From: Gemmatimonadales bacterium
GTDB lineage: Bacteria; Gemmatimonadota; Gemmatimonadetes; Gemmatimonadales; GWC2-71-9
Assembly: GCA_041613315.1 (NCBI GenBank)
Contig: JBFJHJ010000026.1
Coordinates: 1 to 46,995, forward strand
Direction of reading: 5' to 3'
DNA: 46,995 bases
Notes under the pieces: generated by a model
Database searches by the model: none
What the model was told of the DNA's origin: nothing
What the model saw: the letters and a program-made list of their open reading frames with translations, nothing else
Translations under genes and position numbers: made by a program
Shown: piece after piece, positions 8,589 through 19,069 of the stretch
How the letters are laid out: every line of letters starts with the position of its first letter
How positions within the stretch are numbered: position 1 is the stretch's first letter

Positions 8589-10781
8589 ATGACCCGATTC
8601 GTCGCCCGCGTCGCCGGCGCCGCCCTCGTTGCGGCCGGCGTGTACGCCGCGCCCCTCGCCGCCCAGACCGCCCCGATCCGCGGCTTCGCCCGCGACCAAC
8701 TCGACCGCCGCGCGCGGCTCGAACGCATCCTGCGGACCACGCCCGACACCGCCCGACTCCGCCAGTACATGCTCTTCATGAGCGAGGAGCCGCACCACGC
8801 GGGCTCCGCGCGCTCGCGCATCGTGGCGGAGTACGCGCTCGGCCTGTTCCACCAGTGGGGGCTCGCTGCCGAGATCGAGACCTTCGAGGCGCTGCTGCCG
8901 ATCCCCGTGGCGCGTGAGGTGGAGCTGCTCGCCCCCGTGCCCTATAGCGCCCAACTCCGCGAGCCCGCCCTCAGCGCGGACAAGGATTCGGGGGACGAGC
9001 ATCAGCTCCCCACCTATAACGCCTACTCGGCGGACGGCGACGTGACGGGCGACCTCGTCTTCGTAAACTACGGGCTCCCGGAAGACTACGACCGGCTGGC
9101 CCGACTGGGCATCGACGTGCGGGGGAAAGTGGTGATCGCCAAGTACGGCCGGAGCTGGCGCGGGATCAAGCCGAAAGTGGCCGCCGAGCACGGCGCCGTC
9201 GCGTGCCTCCTGTATTCCGACCCCGAGGATGACGGCTATTACGTGGATGACGTGTATCCCCAGGGGCCGATGCGCCCGTGGCAGGGCGTGCAGCGCGGCA
9301 GCGTGATGGACATGCCGACCTATCCCGGCGACCCCCTCACGCCGGGCTGGGGCGCCACCCCGGGCAGCCGGAAGCTGCCCCGCGACGAGGTTCCCACGCT
9401 CATGCGGATTCCCGTGCTGCCACTCTCGTATGGGGACGCGCAGCATCTCCTTGCGGCGTTGGGGGGGCCGGTCGCCCCGAACGACGATTGGAAGGGAGCG
9501 CTTCCCATCACGTATCGGCTGGGCCCCGGGCCGGCGCGCGTCCGCGTCAGACTCGCGTTCGACTGGAGCGTGCGCCCGATCTACAACGTGATCGCGCGCA
9601 TTCCCGGCGCGACCTACCCCGATCAGTGGGTCCTCACCGGCAATCACCACGATGCCTGGGTGAACGGCGCGCAGGATCCGATCTCGGGGGCGGTGGGGTT
9701 GCTCGAGACGGCGCGGTCGTTTGCGGAGCTCCTGAAGACCGGCTGGCGGCCGCAGCGCACGCTGATCTTCGCGCTGTGGGATGCGGAAGAATGGGGGCTC
9801 ATCGGCTCGACCGAGTGGGCCGAGGCGCACGCCGACGAGCTGGCGTCGAAGGCGGTCGCCTACATCAACACCGATTCGTATGAGCGGGGCCGATTGGGCC
9901 TGTCGGGCTCGCATTCGCTCGAGACGTTCTTTCGCGAAATCTTGCGCGACACCCCACAGCCGCAGGGCGAGGGCAGCGCGCTCGACGCGCTGGCCGCCCA
10001 CGCGCTGGCGGAGGCCAAGACGGCGGGCGACTCGGCCAAGGCGCGCGAGTGGACCTATCGGCTCGGGGCGCTCGGCTCGGGCTCCGACTACGGGCCCTTT
10101 CTCGACCACCTGACGATCGCGGCGGCGCACGCGGGCTACGGCGGCGGGCAGGAGGCGGGCATCTATCACTCGATCTACGACAGCTACACCTTCTTCACCC
10201 GCTTTCTGGACCCCGGATTCCTCTTCGGCCGCTCGCAGAGCGGCGCCGTCGGCGTGGCGCTGCTCCGCTTGCTCGACGCGCCAATCCTGCCGTTCTCGTT
10301 CACCGACGCCGCCGACACCTACCGGCGCTACGCGACGGAGATCGACTCGCTCGCCACGGCGGAGCTCGGAGAAGCTAGCGTAGACTTGGAAACCGTCCGG
10401 TCGGCGCTGGACCGTCTCGCCGCGGCGGGCGCGGCGTTCGACTCGGCCCTCGCCGGCGCCACGGCCCGCGGTCGGTCGTGGCTCGAGCGCCGGCGCGCGG
10501 ACCTCGGCTCCATCAACGCCGAGGTGTACCTCAGCGAGCGCGACCTCGCGCTGGAAGGCGGAGTGCCGCGGCGCCCGTGGTACCGCCACGCGATCTACGC
10601 GCCGGGGTTCTACACGGGCTACGGCGTCAAGACGATGCCGGGCATTCGGGAGGCGGTCGAGCAGGGAGATCGTGCCGAGGCGGCCGTCCAGGCCGCCCGC
10701 GTCGCCGAGGCGCTCGAACGCATGGCCGCCCGCGCGGCGACCGCGGCCGCCACCCTGCGCGCCATAACGGATACGCCGTAA
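8589..10781 (+). CDS. M28 metallopeptidase, glutamate carboxypeptidase II-like (PA and transferrin-receptor dimerisation domains)
   Basis: Signal peptide; GNHHDAW, GAQDP, WDAEEWG, YINTD, GSGSDY, YHSIYD, PWYRHAIYAPG. Confidence 0.93.
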   Translation: MTRFVARVAGAALVAAGVYAAPLAAQTAPIRGFARDQLDRRARLERILRTTPDTARLRQYMLFMSEEPHHAGSARSRIVAEYALGLFHQWGLAAEIETFEALLPIPVAREVELLAPVPYSAQLREPALSADKDSGDEHQLPTYNAYSADGDVTGDLVFVNYGLPEDYDRLARLGIDVRGKVVIAKYGRSWRGIKPKVAAEHGAVACLLYSDPEDDGYYVDDVYPQGPMRPWQGVQRGSVMDMPTYPGDPLTPGWGATPGSRKLPRDEVPTLMRIPVLPLSYGDAQHLLAALGGPVAPNDDWKGALPITYRLGPGPARVRVRLAFDWSVRPIYNVIARIPGATYPDQWVLTGNHHDAWVNGAQDPISGAVGLLETARSFAELLKTGWRPQRTLIFALWDAEEWGLIGSTEWAEAHADELASKAVAYINTDSYERGRLGLSGSHSLETFFREILRDTPQPQGEGSALDALAAHALAEAKTAGDSAKAREWTYRLGALGSGSDYGPFLDHLTIAAAHAGYGGGQEAGIYHSIYDSYTFFTRFLDPGFLFGRSQSGAVGVALLRLLDAPILPFSFTDAADTYRRYATEIDSLATAELGEASVDLETVRSALDRLAAAGAAFDSALAGATARGRSWLERRRADLGSINAEVYLSERDLALEGGVPRRPWYRHAIYAPGFYTGYGVKTMPGIREAVEQGDRAEAAVQAARVAEALERMAARAATAAATLRAITDTP

Positions 10782-10806
10782 CGGACCACGCTATGGGAGG
10801 AATCAC

Positions 10807-12480
10807 GTGATGTCTCTCCGTCGACAGGCGCCGTGCGCGCTCGTCCTGCTGGCGACCGGACTCGCCGCCTCGGCCTGCACCGAGGACCCGCAGATCCGCA
10901 GGGCGCAGGCGACGATCACCGCCTCGGATCTCAGCGCCGAGATCGCCATCCTCGCGTCCGACTCGTTCGAGGGTCGTGGCCCCTCGTCGCTCGGCGAAGA
11001 GCGGACCGTGGCCTACCTGCGCACCGGGTTCCAGGAGCTGGGTCTCCGCCCCGGGAACGGGGACAGCTACTACCAGGAGGTTCCGCTGGTCGCGATCGCG
11101 GCGGACACCACGATGACGCTCGCGGTGTCGGGACGGGGCGCGACGAACCGATTCGCGTACGGCACCCAGTTCATGGGCTGGACCACGCGTGTCGTCCCGC
11201 GGGTGGACATTGCCGGCTCGGACGTCGTGTTCGTCGGCTACGGCATCGTGGCGCCAGAGTACGCGTGGAACGACTATGCCGGCATCGACGCGCGTGGGAA
11301 GACGGTGGTGATGCTGGTCAACGATCCAGGCTTCGCTACCAAGGACACCGCGCTCTTCAACGGCAACGCGATGACCTACTACGGCCGGTGGACCTACAAG
11401 TATGAGGAGGCGGCCCGCCACGGCGCGGCGGCGGCGCTCATCGTGCACGAGACGGCGCCGGCAGGGTACCCCTGGGAAGTCGTGAGCGGCAGTTGGTCCG
11501 GGCCCCAGTTCGATCTTGTCGCGGCCGATAGCAACATGTCGCGAGTGGCGCTGGAGGGATGGCTGACGCTCGCGAGCGCGGAGGCCGTGTTCCAGCAGGC
11601 CGGCCTGCGGTACGACTCCCTCAAAGCCCAGGCCGCCCGTCGGGGGTTCCGCCCCGTGCCGACGGGGCTCCGTGCCTCGGCCGGTGTCCGCAACACGATC
11701 ACGCGCTCGACGTCACGCAATGTGCTGGCGCTGCTCCCCGGGACGACGCGGGCGGACGAGATCGTCGTCTACATCGCCCACTGGGATCACCTCGGCCGGG
11801 ACCCCACGCTCCCCGGCGACCAGATCTACAACGGCGCGCTCGACAACGCGACGGGCACCGCCGGGCTGCTCGAGCTCGCGGCGGCGTATGCCTCCCTCGC
11901 GCCAAAGCCTCAGCGCTCGGTGCTGTTTCTCGCGGTGACGGCCGAGGAGCAAGGCCTCCTGGGCTCGCAGTACTATGCGACGCATCCCGTCTATCCGCTC
12001 GATCACACGGTCGCGGTGGTCAACATGGATGGCCTCAACATCTGGGGACCGATGCGGGACATCACGGTCGTGGGATACGGCATGTCCGCGTTGGACGACC
12101 TGCTGGCCGACGCCGCGCGAACCCAGGACCGGGTCGTGCGGCCCGATCCCGAGCCCGAGAAGGGGTTCTACTATCGCTCCGACCATTTCGAGTTCGCCAA
12201 GATGGGCGTGCCGGCGCTCTACACCGATGCGGGGATCGACAACATCGAGCACGGCGAAGCGTGGGCCCGCGAGCAGCGCGACAAGTACACCAATGAGCGC
12301 TACCACAAGCCGTCGGACGAGTTCGATCCGACGTGGGATCTGCGGGGTGCGGTGCAGGATCTTCAGCTGCTTTTCCGGGTGGGGTACGGCATCGCCAACG
12401 GCGCCCACTACCCCAACTGGCGGCCGGGGACCGAGTTCCGGGCGGCGCGCGACGCCATGATGGCGGCGCGGTCCCGCTAA
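10807..12480 (+). CDS. M28 family aminopeptidase lipoprotein with PA domain
   Basis: GGAGG RBS; lipobox ASAC; AHWDHLG, NGALDNATG, AEEQGLLGS, NMDG, RSDH, YHKPSD. Confidence 0.93.
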   Translation: MMSLRRQAPCALVLLATGLAASACTEDPQIRRAQATITASDLSAEIAILASDSFEGRGPSSLGEERTVAYLRTGFQELGLRPGNGDSYYQEVPLVAIAADTTMTLAVSGRGATNRFAYGTQFMGWTTRVVPRVDIAGSDVVFVGYGIVAPEYAWNDYAGIDARGKTVVMLVNDPGFATKDTALFNGNAMTYYGRWTYKYEEAARHGAAAALIVHETAPAGYPWEVVSGSWSGPQFDLVAADSNMSRVALEGWLTLASAEAVFQQAGLRYDSLKAQAARRGFRPVPTGLRASAGVRNTITRSTSRNVLALLPGTTRADEIVVYIAHWDHLGRDPTLPGDQIYNGALDNATGTAGLLELAAAYASLAPKPQRSVLFLAVTAEEQGLLGSQYYATHPVYPLDHTVAVVNMDGLNIWGPMRDITVVGYGMSALDDLLADAARTQDRVVRPDPEPEKGFYYRSDHFEFAKMGVPALYTDAGIDNIEHGEAWAREQRDKYTNERYHKPSDEFDPTWDLRGAVQDLQLLFRVGYGIANGAHYPNWRPGTEFRAARDAMMAARSR

Positions 12481-12487
12481 CGCCCGA

Positions 12488-13027
12488 TCATCCGCCGGCG
12501 TCCACCGTGCCGATATACGGCAGCGTGCGGTACTGCTCGGCGTAGTCGAGGCCGTAGCCCACCGCCCACACGTCCGGAATCTCGAACCCCAGGTAGTCGA
12601 TCGTGACGTCGACCTCGCGGCGCGCCGGCTTGCGCACCAGCGCGCACGTGCGTACGGATGCCGGCTCGCGCGTCTTGAACAGCTCCACCAGGTAGTGGAG
12701 CGTCCGGCCCGTGTCCACGATGTCCTCGACGATCACGACGTGCTTCCCCTCGACGCTCTCCCGCAGGTCCATTACCAGACGCACCGCGCCGCTCGCCGTG
12801 CTGCCCGCCAACCCGTAGCTCGACAGCGCCATGAACTCGATCGTCCGGGGAATGGTGAGACGCCGGGCCAGGTCCGCCAGAAAGATGAACGCGCCTTTGA
12901 GCACGCCCACGAGGACCAGGCCGCCCACGCCCGCGTAGTCGCGTGAGATCTCCGCCGCGAGCTCCGCCACGCGACGGCGAATCGCGTCCTCGCCGATCAG
13001 CACGCGGGGTTCGGTGCCGGCAGTCAA
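12488..13027 (-). CDS. hpt: Hypoxanthine phosphoribosyltransferase
   Basis: GVLKGAFIFLADL, PRPP loop VVIVEDIVDTGRTL, VGYGLDYAEQYRTLPYIG. Confidence 0.95.
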   Translation of the reverse strand: MTAGTEPRVLIGEDAIRRRVAELAAEISRDYAGVGGLVLVGVLKGAFIFLADLARRLTIPRTIEFMALSSYGLAGSTASGAVRLVMDLRESVEGKHVVIVEDIVDTGRTLHYLVELFKTREPASVRTCALVRKPARREVDVTIDYLGFEIPDVWAVGYGLDYAEQYRTLPYIGTVDAGG

Positions 13028-13049
13028 CGCCGCCCCGCACGCGCCGCGA

Positions 13050-15080
13050 CTATGGCCGTCCCCCGGCGTCGGCCAACGGCAGCGCCACGTCTTCGCCCCA
13101 GAGATACTTCGCGAACCATTGCCAGTTATGCCACATGGCGGCGAGCTGCTCCTTGGGCTTCGTGATGCCGTGCCCGAAGCCCTTGTAGACGATCAGCTGC
13201 GTGGGGACACCCTGGTCCTGGAGCCCTTGATGCAGCTCGTAGGCATTCGGAATCGGCACGCGGCGGTCGAACTCGCCGTGCTGGATCAGCGTGGGCGTCG
13301 CGGCCCGTCGGATGTAGGTCATCGGGGACGTCGTCGCGTAGATGTCGGGGTCGTCCCACGGCGTGGCCTGGAGGTACTGTCGCGTGAAGGGGTGGATGTC
13401 GGTGTTCACGTAGTACGTCGTCCAGTTCGAGATCCCGGCGCCCACCGAGATCGCGGCGAAGCGGCGCGTCGTGGTCGTGAGAAACGCGGAGATGTAACCG
13501 CCCTGGCTCCAGCCCATGGCGCCCATGCGGGTCGTGTCCACGAACCCCTGCGCCACCAGATGGTCCACCCCCGACAGGACGTCCCACGCGTCGCCGACCC
13601 CGAGGTTTCGCACGTTGAGCGCGCGGAACGCCTCCCCGTAGCCGGCCGAACCGCGGTAGTTGGGCCGCAGCACCAGCGCGCCCTTCGCGAGCCACTGCAG
13701 GACGGGATAGACGTAACCGGTGACCGGGGTCGGCACATCGATGCCGGTGGGCCCGCCGTGGATCTCGACGAAGAGCGGATAGCGCCGCCGAGGGTCGAAG
13801 TCCCTCGGCGTGTGGAGCACGCCTTCGATCCGTGCGCCGTCCTGACTCGTCCAGGCAATCATCTCGCTGGCGCCGAGCGTCCAGTCCGCGATCTGGTCCG
13901 TCATGGCGGTCACGGCCACCGGTCGGTATCGGGCTGCCGTCGCACGGTAGATCTCGGTCAGCGTCGTCGGGGACGCGCCCGAGAGCGCCACGGTCCGGCC
14001 GTCGGGCGTGAACGCGATGGCGCCGATCACGGGCGGCGAGTCGGCGAAGAGTCGGGTCGGCCCGCCGTTCGGGTCCACGCGGAACACGTGCCGCTTGGCG
14101 TTCCGCCAGGCCACGACGTAGATGCCCGTCGGCGTCCACGCGATGTCGCCGACGTTCTCGTCCAGGTCGGCCGCGAGGCGCCGGCGCTCGCCGCCCGACG
14201 CTGGCACCGTGAAGAGCTTCCCGTTGCGGTAGTAGTTGGACGTCGTGTCGCCGTCGTCCGACCGGAAGAGCACCCAGCGGCCGTCCGGCGACCAGATCGG
14301 GCGGCCGTCATAGCCCGGCGTCCGGATGAGCGGTCGGAGCGTCCGCGTGGCCACGTCCAGTAGCGACACGTCGGCGTGCATCCGCGAATTGATGAGCGGG
14401 TCCGGGGTGAGCTCCACCGCGAGCCGCGAGCCGTCGGGCGACCAGGCGAAGTTCCGCACCGTGAACGTACTGTCGTCCGTGAGACGCGTCGGGGTCGGGG
14501 CGGTGTCGCCGGCCTCCCGTGAGGCGGAGATCAGCCAGAGGTGCCGCTGGCGGTAGTCGGCGTCCTCCACGGCGAAATCGCCGTAGCGCTCCTTGCGCTT
14601 CTTGTCCGCGTCCGACTCGGGCTCCGAGCGCGTGAATGCGATGCGGCGGCCGTCGGGGGCCCAGGCGAAATCGTGGACGCCTTCGGCGACGTCGGTGAGC
14701 GTCCACGCTTCGCCGCCCGCCGCGCGAATGAGGTGGATCTGCTGCTTGTCGCCGCGGTCCGCGAGGAACGCAACGAACTGCCCGTCCGGCGACCAGGACG
14801 GCGACGTGCTACTGCCGTCGGGCGTCCGCGTGAGCTGAAACGGCGCCTCGCTCTCGCGTGCGAGCCAGATCTCGGTATCGAATCGGTTCTGCTTCCAATC
14901 GGCCGTGCGCACCGTATACGCGATCGTGCGGCCGTCGGGCGAGATCGCCGGACTCCCGGCGCTCGCGAGGGAGATGACGCGCTCGAACGACGGGCCCGGC
15001 ACCTCAGCCTGGGCGGTGAGGCCGCGCGGGAGGGTGGCGGTGACGAGCACCAGGAGCGAACACCGAGCGGTGTAGGACAT
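13050..15080 (-). CDS. S9 family serine peptidase (acylaminoacyl/dipeptidyl peptidase) with PD40 propeller
   Basis: Signal peptide, WSPDG repeats, IHGGP, nucleophile GWSQGG, HGEFDRRVP, GHG. Confidence 0.93.
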   Translation of the reverse strand: MSYTARCSLLVLVTATLPRGLTAQAEVPGPSFERVISLASAGSPAISPDGRTIAYTVRTADWKQNRFDTEIWLARESEAPFQLTRTPDGSSTSPSWSPDGQFVAFLADRGDKQQIHLIRAAGGEAWTLTDVAEGVHDFAWAPDGRRIAFTRSEPESDADKKRKERYGDFAVEDADYRQRHLWLISASREAGDTAPTPTRLTDDSTFTVRNFAWSPDGSRLAVELTPDPLINSRMHADVSLLDVATRTLRPLIRTPGYDGRPIWSPDGRWVLFRSDDGDTTSNYYRNGKLFTVPASGGERRRLAADLDENVGDIAWTPTGIYVVAWRNAKRHVFRVDPNGGPTRLFADSPPVIGAIAFTPDGRTVALSGASPTTLTEIYRATAARYRPVAVTAMTDQIADWTLGASEMIAWTSQDGARIEGVLHTPRDFDPRRRYPLFVEIHGGPTGIDVPTPVTGYVYPVLQWLAKGALVLRPNYRGSAGYGEAFRALNVRNLGVGDAWDVLSGVDHLVAQGFVDTTRMGAMGWSQGGYISAFLTTTTRRFAAISVGAGISNWTTYYVNTDIHPFTRQYLQATPWDDPDIYATTSPMTYIRRAATPTLIQHGEFDRRVPIPNAYELHQGLQDQGVPTQLIVYKGFGHGITKPKEQLAAMWHNWQWFAKYLWGEDVALPLADAGGRP

Positions 15081-15181
15081 GGTGGGGCACTCCTCCCTGC
15101 GCGGGTCCGGCGCCCGCGCCGGGCGCCAGGCCTGACGAACCAGCTATGCGAAGACGATGCGGGCCACTCGACCGCACGCCC

Positions 15182-15445
15182 TCAGGCGAGCCGCCCGGTG
15201 CCCCGAAAGCCGACGGTCGTCGGGCCGTGGTCCGAGACGTTCACGTTGGTGACCGTGATGTCGCCCGCGCGGCCGTCCGCCAACTCCAGGCGGTAGCCCT
15301 TGCCGGGCGGCACCTCGGCGCCCTGCGGCAGCTCGAATGTGCCGTTCCACTCGATCCCACCCTCACCCGTCACGGCCAGGTACGTCTCCACGCCGTCGGC
15401 GATCACCGTCTTGCCCTTCACGACCTTCGCCTGGACGAATTCCAT
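15182..15445 (-). CDS. Small beta-rich hypothetical protein
   Basis: GGAGA RBS, ATG, normal protein composition; fills the gap between co-oriented genes. Confidence 0.7.
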   Translation of the reverse strand: MEFVQAKVVKGKTVIADGVETYLAVTGEGGIEWNGTFELPQGAEVPPGKGYRLELADGRAGDITVTNVNVSDHGPTTVGFRGTGRLA

Positions 15446-15558
15446 GCCGCGGTCTCCCTATCCCCTGCGCGGCGCCGCGCCGCTCGTGGATCGTAACGCG
15501 AACCGCGCCCATCCGTGAGAGGTCACGCGGCCGGGCGGGATGCGTTCGGGCCGATCGC

Positions 15559-16188
15559 CTACGTGCCGACGCTGTCCGCGGGGGCGATGGACGCCCGCCG
15601 GATCGTCACCGGCTCGACGGGCATGTTGGCGTGCGCGCCCTGGCGGCGCGTGGGTACCCGTCCGATCGCCTCAACGACCTCCATCCCCTCGATCACGCGA
15701 CCGAACACCGCGTACCCCCAGCCCCGAACCGTCTTCTCGCTGAAGTCGAGCTCGAGGTTGTCCTCCAGGTTGATGAAGAACTGGGAGGTGGCGCTGTGGG
15801 GGTCCATCGTGCGCGCCATCGCCACCGCGCCCCGCACGTTCTTGAGCCCGTTGTCCGCCTCGTTCACGATCGGGAAGACCGAGCTCTTGCGCTCACGCCC
15901 TTCGGCCGTGACGGCGCCGGCCTGAATCACGCCGAGCTGACGGTCCACGCGATGGACGACCAACCCGTCGTAGAAGCCCGACCGCACGTGCGCCAGGAAG
16001 TTCTTGACCGTCTCGGGCGCCTTCTCGCGGTCGAGCTGCATCACGACGCGGCCGTTGCTCGTCTCGAAGACGACGACGGGGTTGGGATCGGGTGCCGCCG
16101 CGGCCCCCTCGTCGGCACGCTCGGCGGGGCGGCAGGCGAGGGTGAGCGCGACCCCGAGAAGCAGGACCGCATGCCGTGCCAACCGCAT
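15559..16188 (-). CDS. Cyclophilin-type peptidyl-prolyl isomerase (lipoprotein)
   Basis: GGAGG RBS, lipobox LTLAC; APETVKNF, FYDGLVVHRV, VAMART, SATSQFFIN, GYAVFGRV. Confidence 0.92.
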   Translation of the reverse strand: MRLARHAVLLLGVALTLACRPAERADEGAAAAPDPNPVVVFETSNGRVVMQLDREKAPETVKNFLAHVRSGFYDGLVVHRVDRQLGVIQAGAVTAEGRERKSSVFPIVNEADNGLKNVRGAVAMARTMDPHSATSQFFINLEDNLELDFSEKTVRGWGYAVFGRVIEGMEVVEAIGRVPTRRQGAHANMPVEPVTIRRASIAPADSVGT

Positions 16189-16262
16189 CACGACCTCCCT
16201 CCTATAGCGGGCGCCGCCCGACAGTGTACCCTCCGAGGCCGGCCGGGGCAATCGGTGGCCGC

Positions 16263-16712
16263 CTACGGGCCGAAGGGCTGGTCGAGATGCTCTTGCCGGC
16301 CGACCCGGTAGGCCTCCCGCAGCCATGCCCGCACGTCCGCGTCGACGTCGTCGGCGGACCGCAGGCGGAAGCGGTGCTCGTGGCACCGGGGCGAGTATGT
16401 CTCGATGCGGGTGAAGCGGGGATGTGACAGCCGCCGCGCCAGGATCACGTGCGCATCCACCCACCGCGCGCGCAGGGACACCGCGGCGAAGGTCATGCGC
16501 GCCTTGAAACCGATGCGGGTCTTCGCGGGCGACACGATCACCGGCCCGCAGGCCCGCACCGCCCGCGCGAATCGGCGGTAGATCGCCACGACCCCGGCGG
16601 GGCGCCGCTCGAGATGATCCCGCACGGTGAACCGCCCGCACGAGTGCCACTGGTTGCGATTGGCGAAGCGCCGCCCGCACCGGGGGCAGCGCCAGAGGGG
16701 GCGCGGGGGCAT
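16263..16712 (-). CDS. DUF5655-like protein with N-terminal CxxC...HxC zinc knuckle
   Basis: WRCPRCGRRFANRNQWHSC; C-terminal DVDADVRAWLREAY. Family assignment is by recall. Confidence 0.7.
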   Translation of the reverse strand: MPPRPLWRCPRCGRRFANRNQWHSCGRFTVRDHLERRPAGVVAIYRRFARAVRACGPVIVSPAKTRIGFKARMTFAAVSLRARWVDAHVILARRLSHPRFTRIETYSPRCHEHRFRLRSADDVDADVRAWLREAYRVGRQEHLDQPFGP

Positions 16713-16720
16713 CGGCGGTG

Positions 16721-17239
16721 TCAGGAGAAGCGCATGATCCAGCGGTCCGCCTGTCGTCGCAGGCGCTCGTCCTCCCACGACACGAATCGGCGGCCGTGGT
16801 AGTCGGTGGCCGCCCGGATGAGCGTGAACGGCGGCCGACGGACCTCCGCGCCGGTGTCGTAGCGCAGCGCCGAGATCCCCAGCCGGGCCATGTAGCCCTC
16901 AGGGTCGTCGGGGTAGAACGTCGTAGACGCCAGCCGGTCGTTGAAGAACGTCAGCACCAGCTCGCCGGTACGGTCGAGGTCGGCGTAGCCGGCGAGCGAG
17001 ACGGTCAGCCAATCGTAGGCGGGGCGGGGGTCGCCGGGGGGAAGCCGGGAGTCGGTGACCAGGCGCCAGGGGAGCTGCGCCGGGAGTGAGCGTCGCACGT
17101 CGGCCGGCGACGTGTAACTCTCGAACGGCCCCAGGAGCGGCGAGCGGACGGACTCGACGCGCGTGTATGTGTCGGAGCCGGCACAGGCGGTGAGCAGGAT
17201 GATGGGAACCAGGCGGAGGTGGGGCGCAGGGCCGGGCAC
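16721..17239 (-). CDS. Hypothetical lipoprotein
   Basis: Lipobox LLTAC; tightly packed between co-oriented genes. Confidence 0.65.
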   Translation of the reverse strand: MPGPAPHLRLVPIILLTACAGSDTYTRVESVRSPLLGPFESYTSPADVRRSLPAQLPWRLVTDSRLPPGDPRPAYDWLTVSLAGYADLDRTGELVLTFFNDRLASTTFYPDDPEGYMARLGISALRYDTGAEVRRPPFTLIRAATDYHGRRFVSWEDERLRRQADRWIMRFS

Positions 17240-17246
17240 GGCGCGC

Positions 17247-17849
17247 CTACCGCCGCGAGGATTGCGCCGACTCGGGTCCCACCAGGCGCACGGTGCCGGG
17301 AGCGAGGAGGATCTGGGATGTGGGCGGGATCTCCACGAAGAGGTCGCGGCCGGTCGCCGTGAGCGCGGGGTACTGGTCGCCCACCTGCGCCATGACGATC
17401 TGGAGAAGCCGCTCGGGGATCGTAATCCCGTTGATGATGACGTTGGCGAGGCGGAACCGCACCGCCCGCGGCCCGGCGCTCTCCAGTTGCACTTGCGCCG
17501 CCACCGGCGTCTCGGGTCCGAAGAAGCCGAGCAGCGGTCCCAGTGCGCGGCGCGCTTCGCCGGGCAGATCCTCGATACGGCCGTGAAACAGGATGAGCGT
17601 CGTGTCCACGGTGACCCGCAAGCGGAGATCGGGCGGGATCGGCCGGATCCCCAGGCGGGCCATCAGGTACGACGCGAAGTCGCCGCCCGCCACCGGCGCG
17701 TGGGAGAGTGTCCGGTCGATGAAGACCGAGTCGACCGCCGCCGAGGCGCGGACGACACCCTGGTTCGTGAGGGGGTCGCCCGCCGGCTCCTGCCCGAGGA
17801 GCGGCCCGGCCACCAGCGACAATGTTCCGAGAACGGCCAACGTGCGCAT
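17247..17849 (-). CDS. Hypothetical secreted protein
   Basis: GGAGGG RBS, ATG 17849, signal peptide MRTLAVLGTLSLVAGPLLG|Q. Confidence 0.7.
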   Translation of the reverse strand: MRTLAVLGTLSLVAGPLLGQEPAGDPLTNQGVVRASAAVDSVFIDRTLSHAPVAGGDFASYLMARLGIRPIPPDLRLRVTVDTTLILFHGRIEDLPGEARRALGPLLGFFGPETPVAAQVQLESAGPRAVRFRLANVIINGITIPERLLQIVMAQVGDQYPALTATGRDLFVEIPPTSQILLAPGTVRLVGPESAQSSRR

Positions 17850-18054
17850 CCGGCATCCCTCCCCACAAACATACACACGGCCGGCCGGCGGGTGCCCTCC
17901 GGAGAGCGGCCGGTTCGCTCGCCGCGAGCTGCGGTGGTGGGCCGGATCCCCCGGCCACGCGGCCGCGCCGCAGATCGCAGCGGACGAGGCGGCGACGTCT
18001 TGCAGCCGGGCGAGTTGCCGCCACCCGGCCGGGGAGATAGCGTAGAGCAGCGAC

Positions 18055-18750
18055 ATGTCCCTACTCTCTGCCTCCATCGGCGGTACCCGGCGCCTCGTGG
18101 TGGGCCTCGGCCAATACGGGCTGCTCCTCGGGCCGGTGCGCCGCGCGATCGTCGAGCCCGCCGCCGCAGTCAGCGACGAAGTCCTCAAGCTGCTCCTGTG
18201 CCACTACGGCCGCCGGCTCTGGGAGGTCGGCATGATCGCCGGCGTCGCGGGCAACCTGTCTGCGCGGGCGCGCGCCCGTGAGGCGCTCTACATCACGCCC
18301 ACCGCGGTAAACAAAGCCTGGCTCAGCCACGCCGACATCCGCCACGTCCCGCTCGAGCCGGCGCCCGAGGATCTCACCAATGTGAGCTCGGAGTTTCCCA
18401 TGCACCGGGCGTGCTACGTCGCGGCGGACGTGGTGGGCGCCGTGATTCACACACATGCGCCCGCGCTCACCGCCGTGGGGATCCGCGACGTCGACATGGG
18501 CGCCTATCTCCCCGAGTCCACCGAGGCGCTGGGCGGGGTGCGGCGGCTGCCGTTCGCGCCGGCGGGCTCCGACGCGCTCGGGAACGCGGTGGGGGATGCG
18601 GTCGCCGACGGGGCACGGCTGCTGCTGCTCGAACGCCACGGGGTCGTGAGCGTCGGGCGCACCCTCTCCGATGCGTACGACCGGATGGAGTTCGCCGAGC
18701 TCACGGCCAAAGCCGTGCTGCTCGCGGCAGGCGGTTTGCCGGCCGCGTAA
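18055..18750 (+). CDS. Class II aldolase/adducin family protein
   Basis: GNLSAR, SSEFPMH, AVIHTH, LLERHGVV (Zn-binding His). Confidence 0.9.
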   Translation: MSLLSASIGGTRRLVVGLGQYGLLLGPVRRAIVEPAAAVSDEVLKLLLCHYGRRLWEVGMIAGVAGNLSARARAREALYITPTAVNKAWLSHADIRHVPLEPAPEDLTNVSSEFPMHRACYVAADVVGAVIHTHAPALTAVGIRDVDMGAYLPESTEALGGVRRLPFAPAGSDALGNAVGDAVADGARLLLLERHGVVSVGRTLSDAYDRMEFAELTAKAVLLAAGGLPAA

Positions 18751-18778
18751 CGCGCGGCCACCCGCGCTCCGGGCCGCG

Positions 18779-19069
18779 TCACGCTCCCTGGGGTGAGGAA
18801 GACGCCACCCGCCGGCACTCTTCGACCACGTCGTTGGGAATGAGCCGGAGCCCCAGCGCGAGCAGCGCCGGGACCACGATCACGTCGTCGAGCTGCCCCA
18901 CCAGCGGAATCCAATCGGGGATGAGGTCCAGCGGCGAGACGGCGTAGGCGACCGCCGCCCCGATCAGCACGCGGGCCATCCACGGCGTGCGCTCGTGCGC
19001 GATCACGAGGCGGTAGACCCGAAGCTCCGTCCGCAGCGAAGCGGCCAGCCCGCGGAGGGGCCCGCTCAT
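18779..19069 (-). CDS. YkvA/DUF1232 membrane protein
   Basis: YAVSPLDLIPDWIPLVGQLDD signature; ATG overlaps the SDR stop. Confidence 0.9.
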   Translation of the reverse strand: MSGPLRGLAASLRTELRVYRLVIAHERTPWMARVLIGAAVAYAVSPLDLIPDWIPLVGQLDDVIVVPALLALGLRLIPNDVVEECRRVASSSPQGA

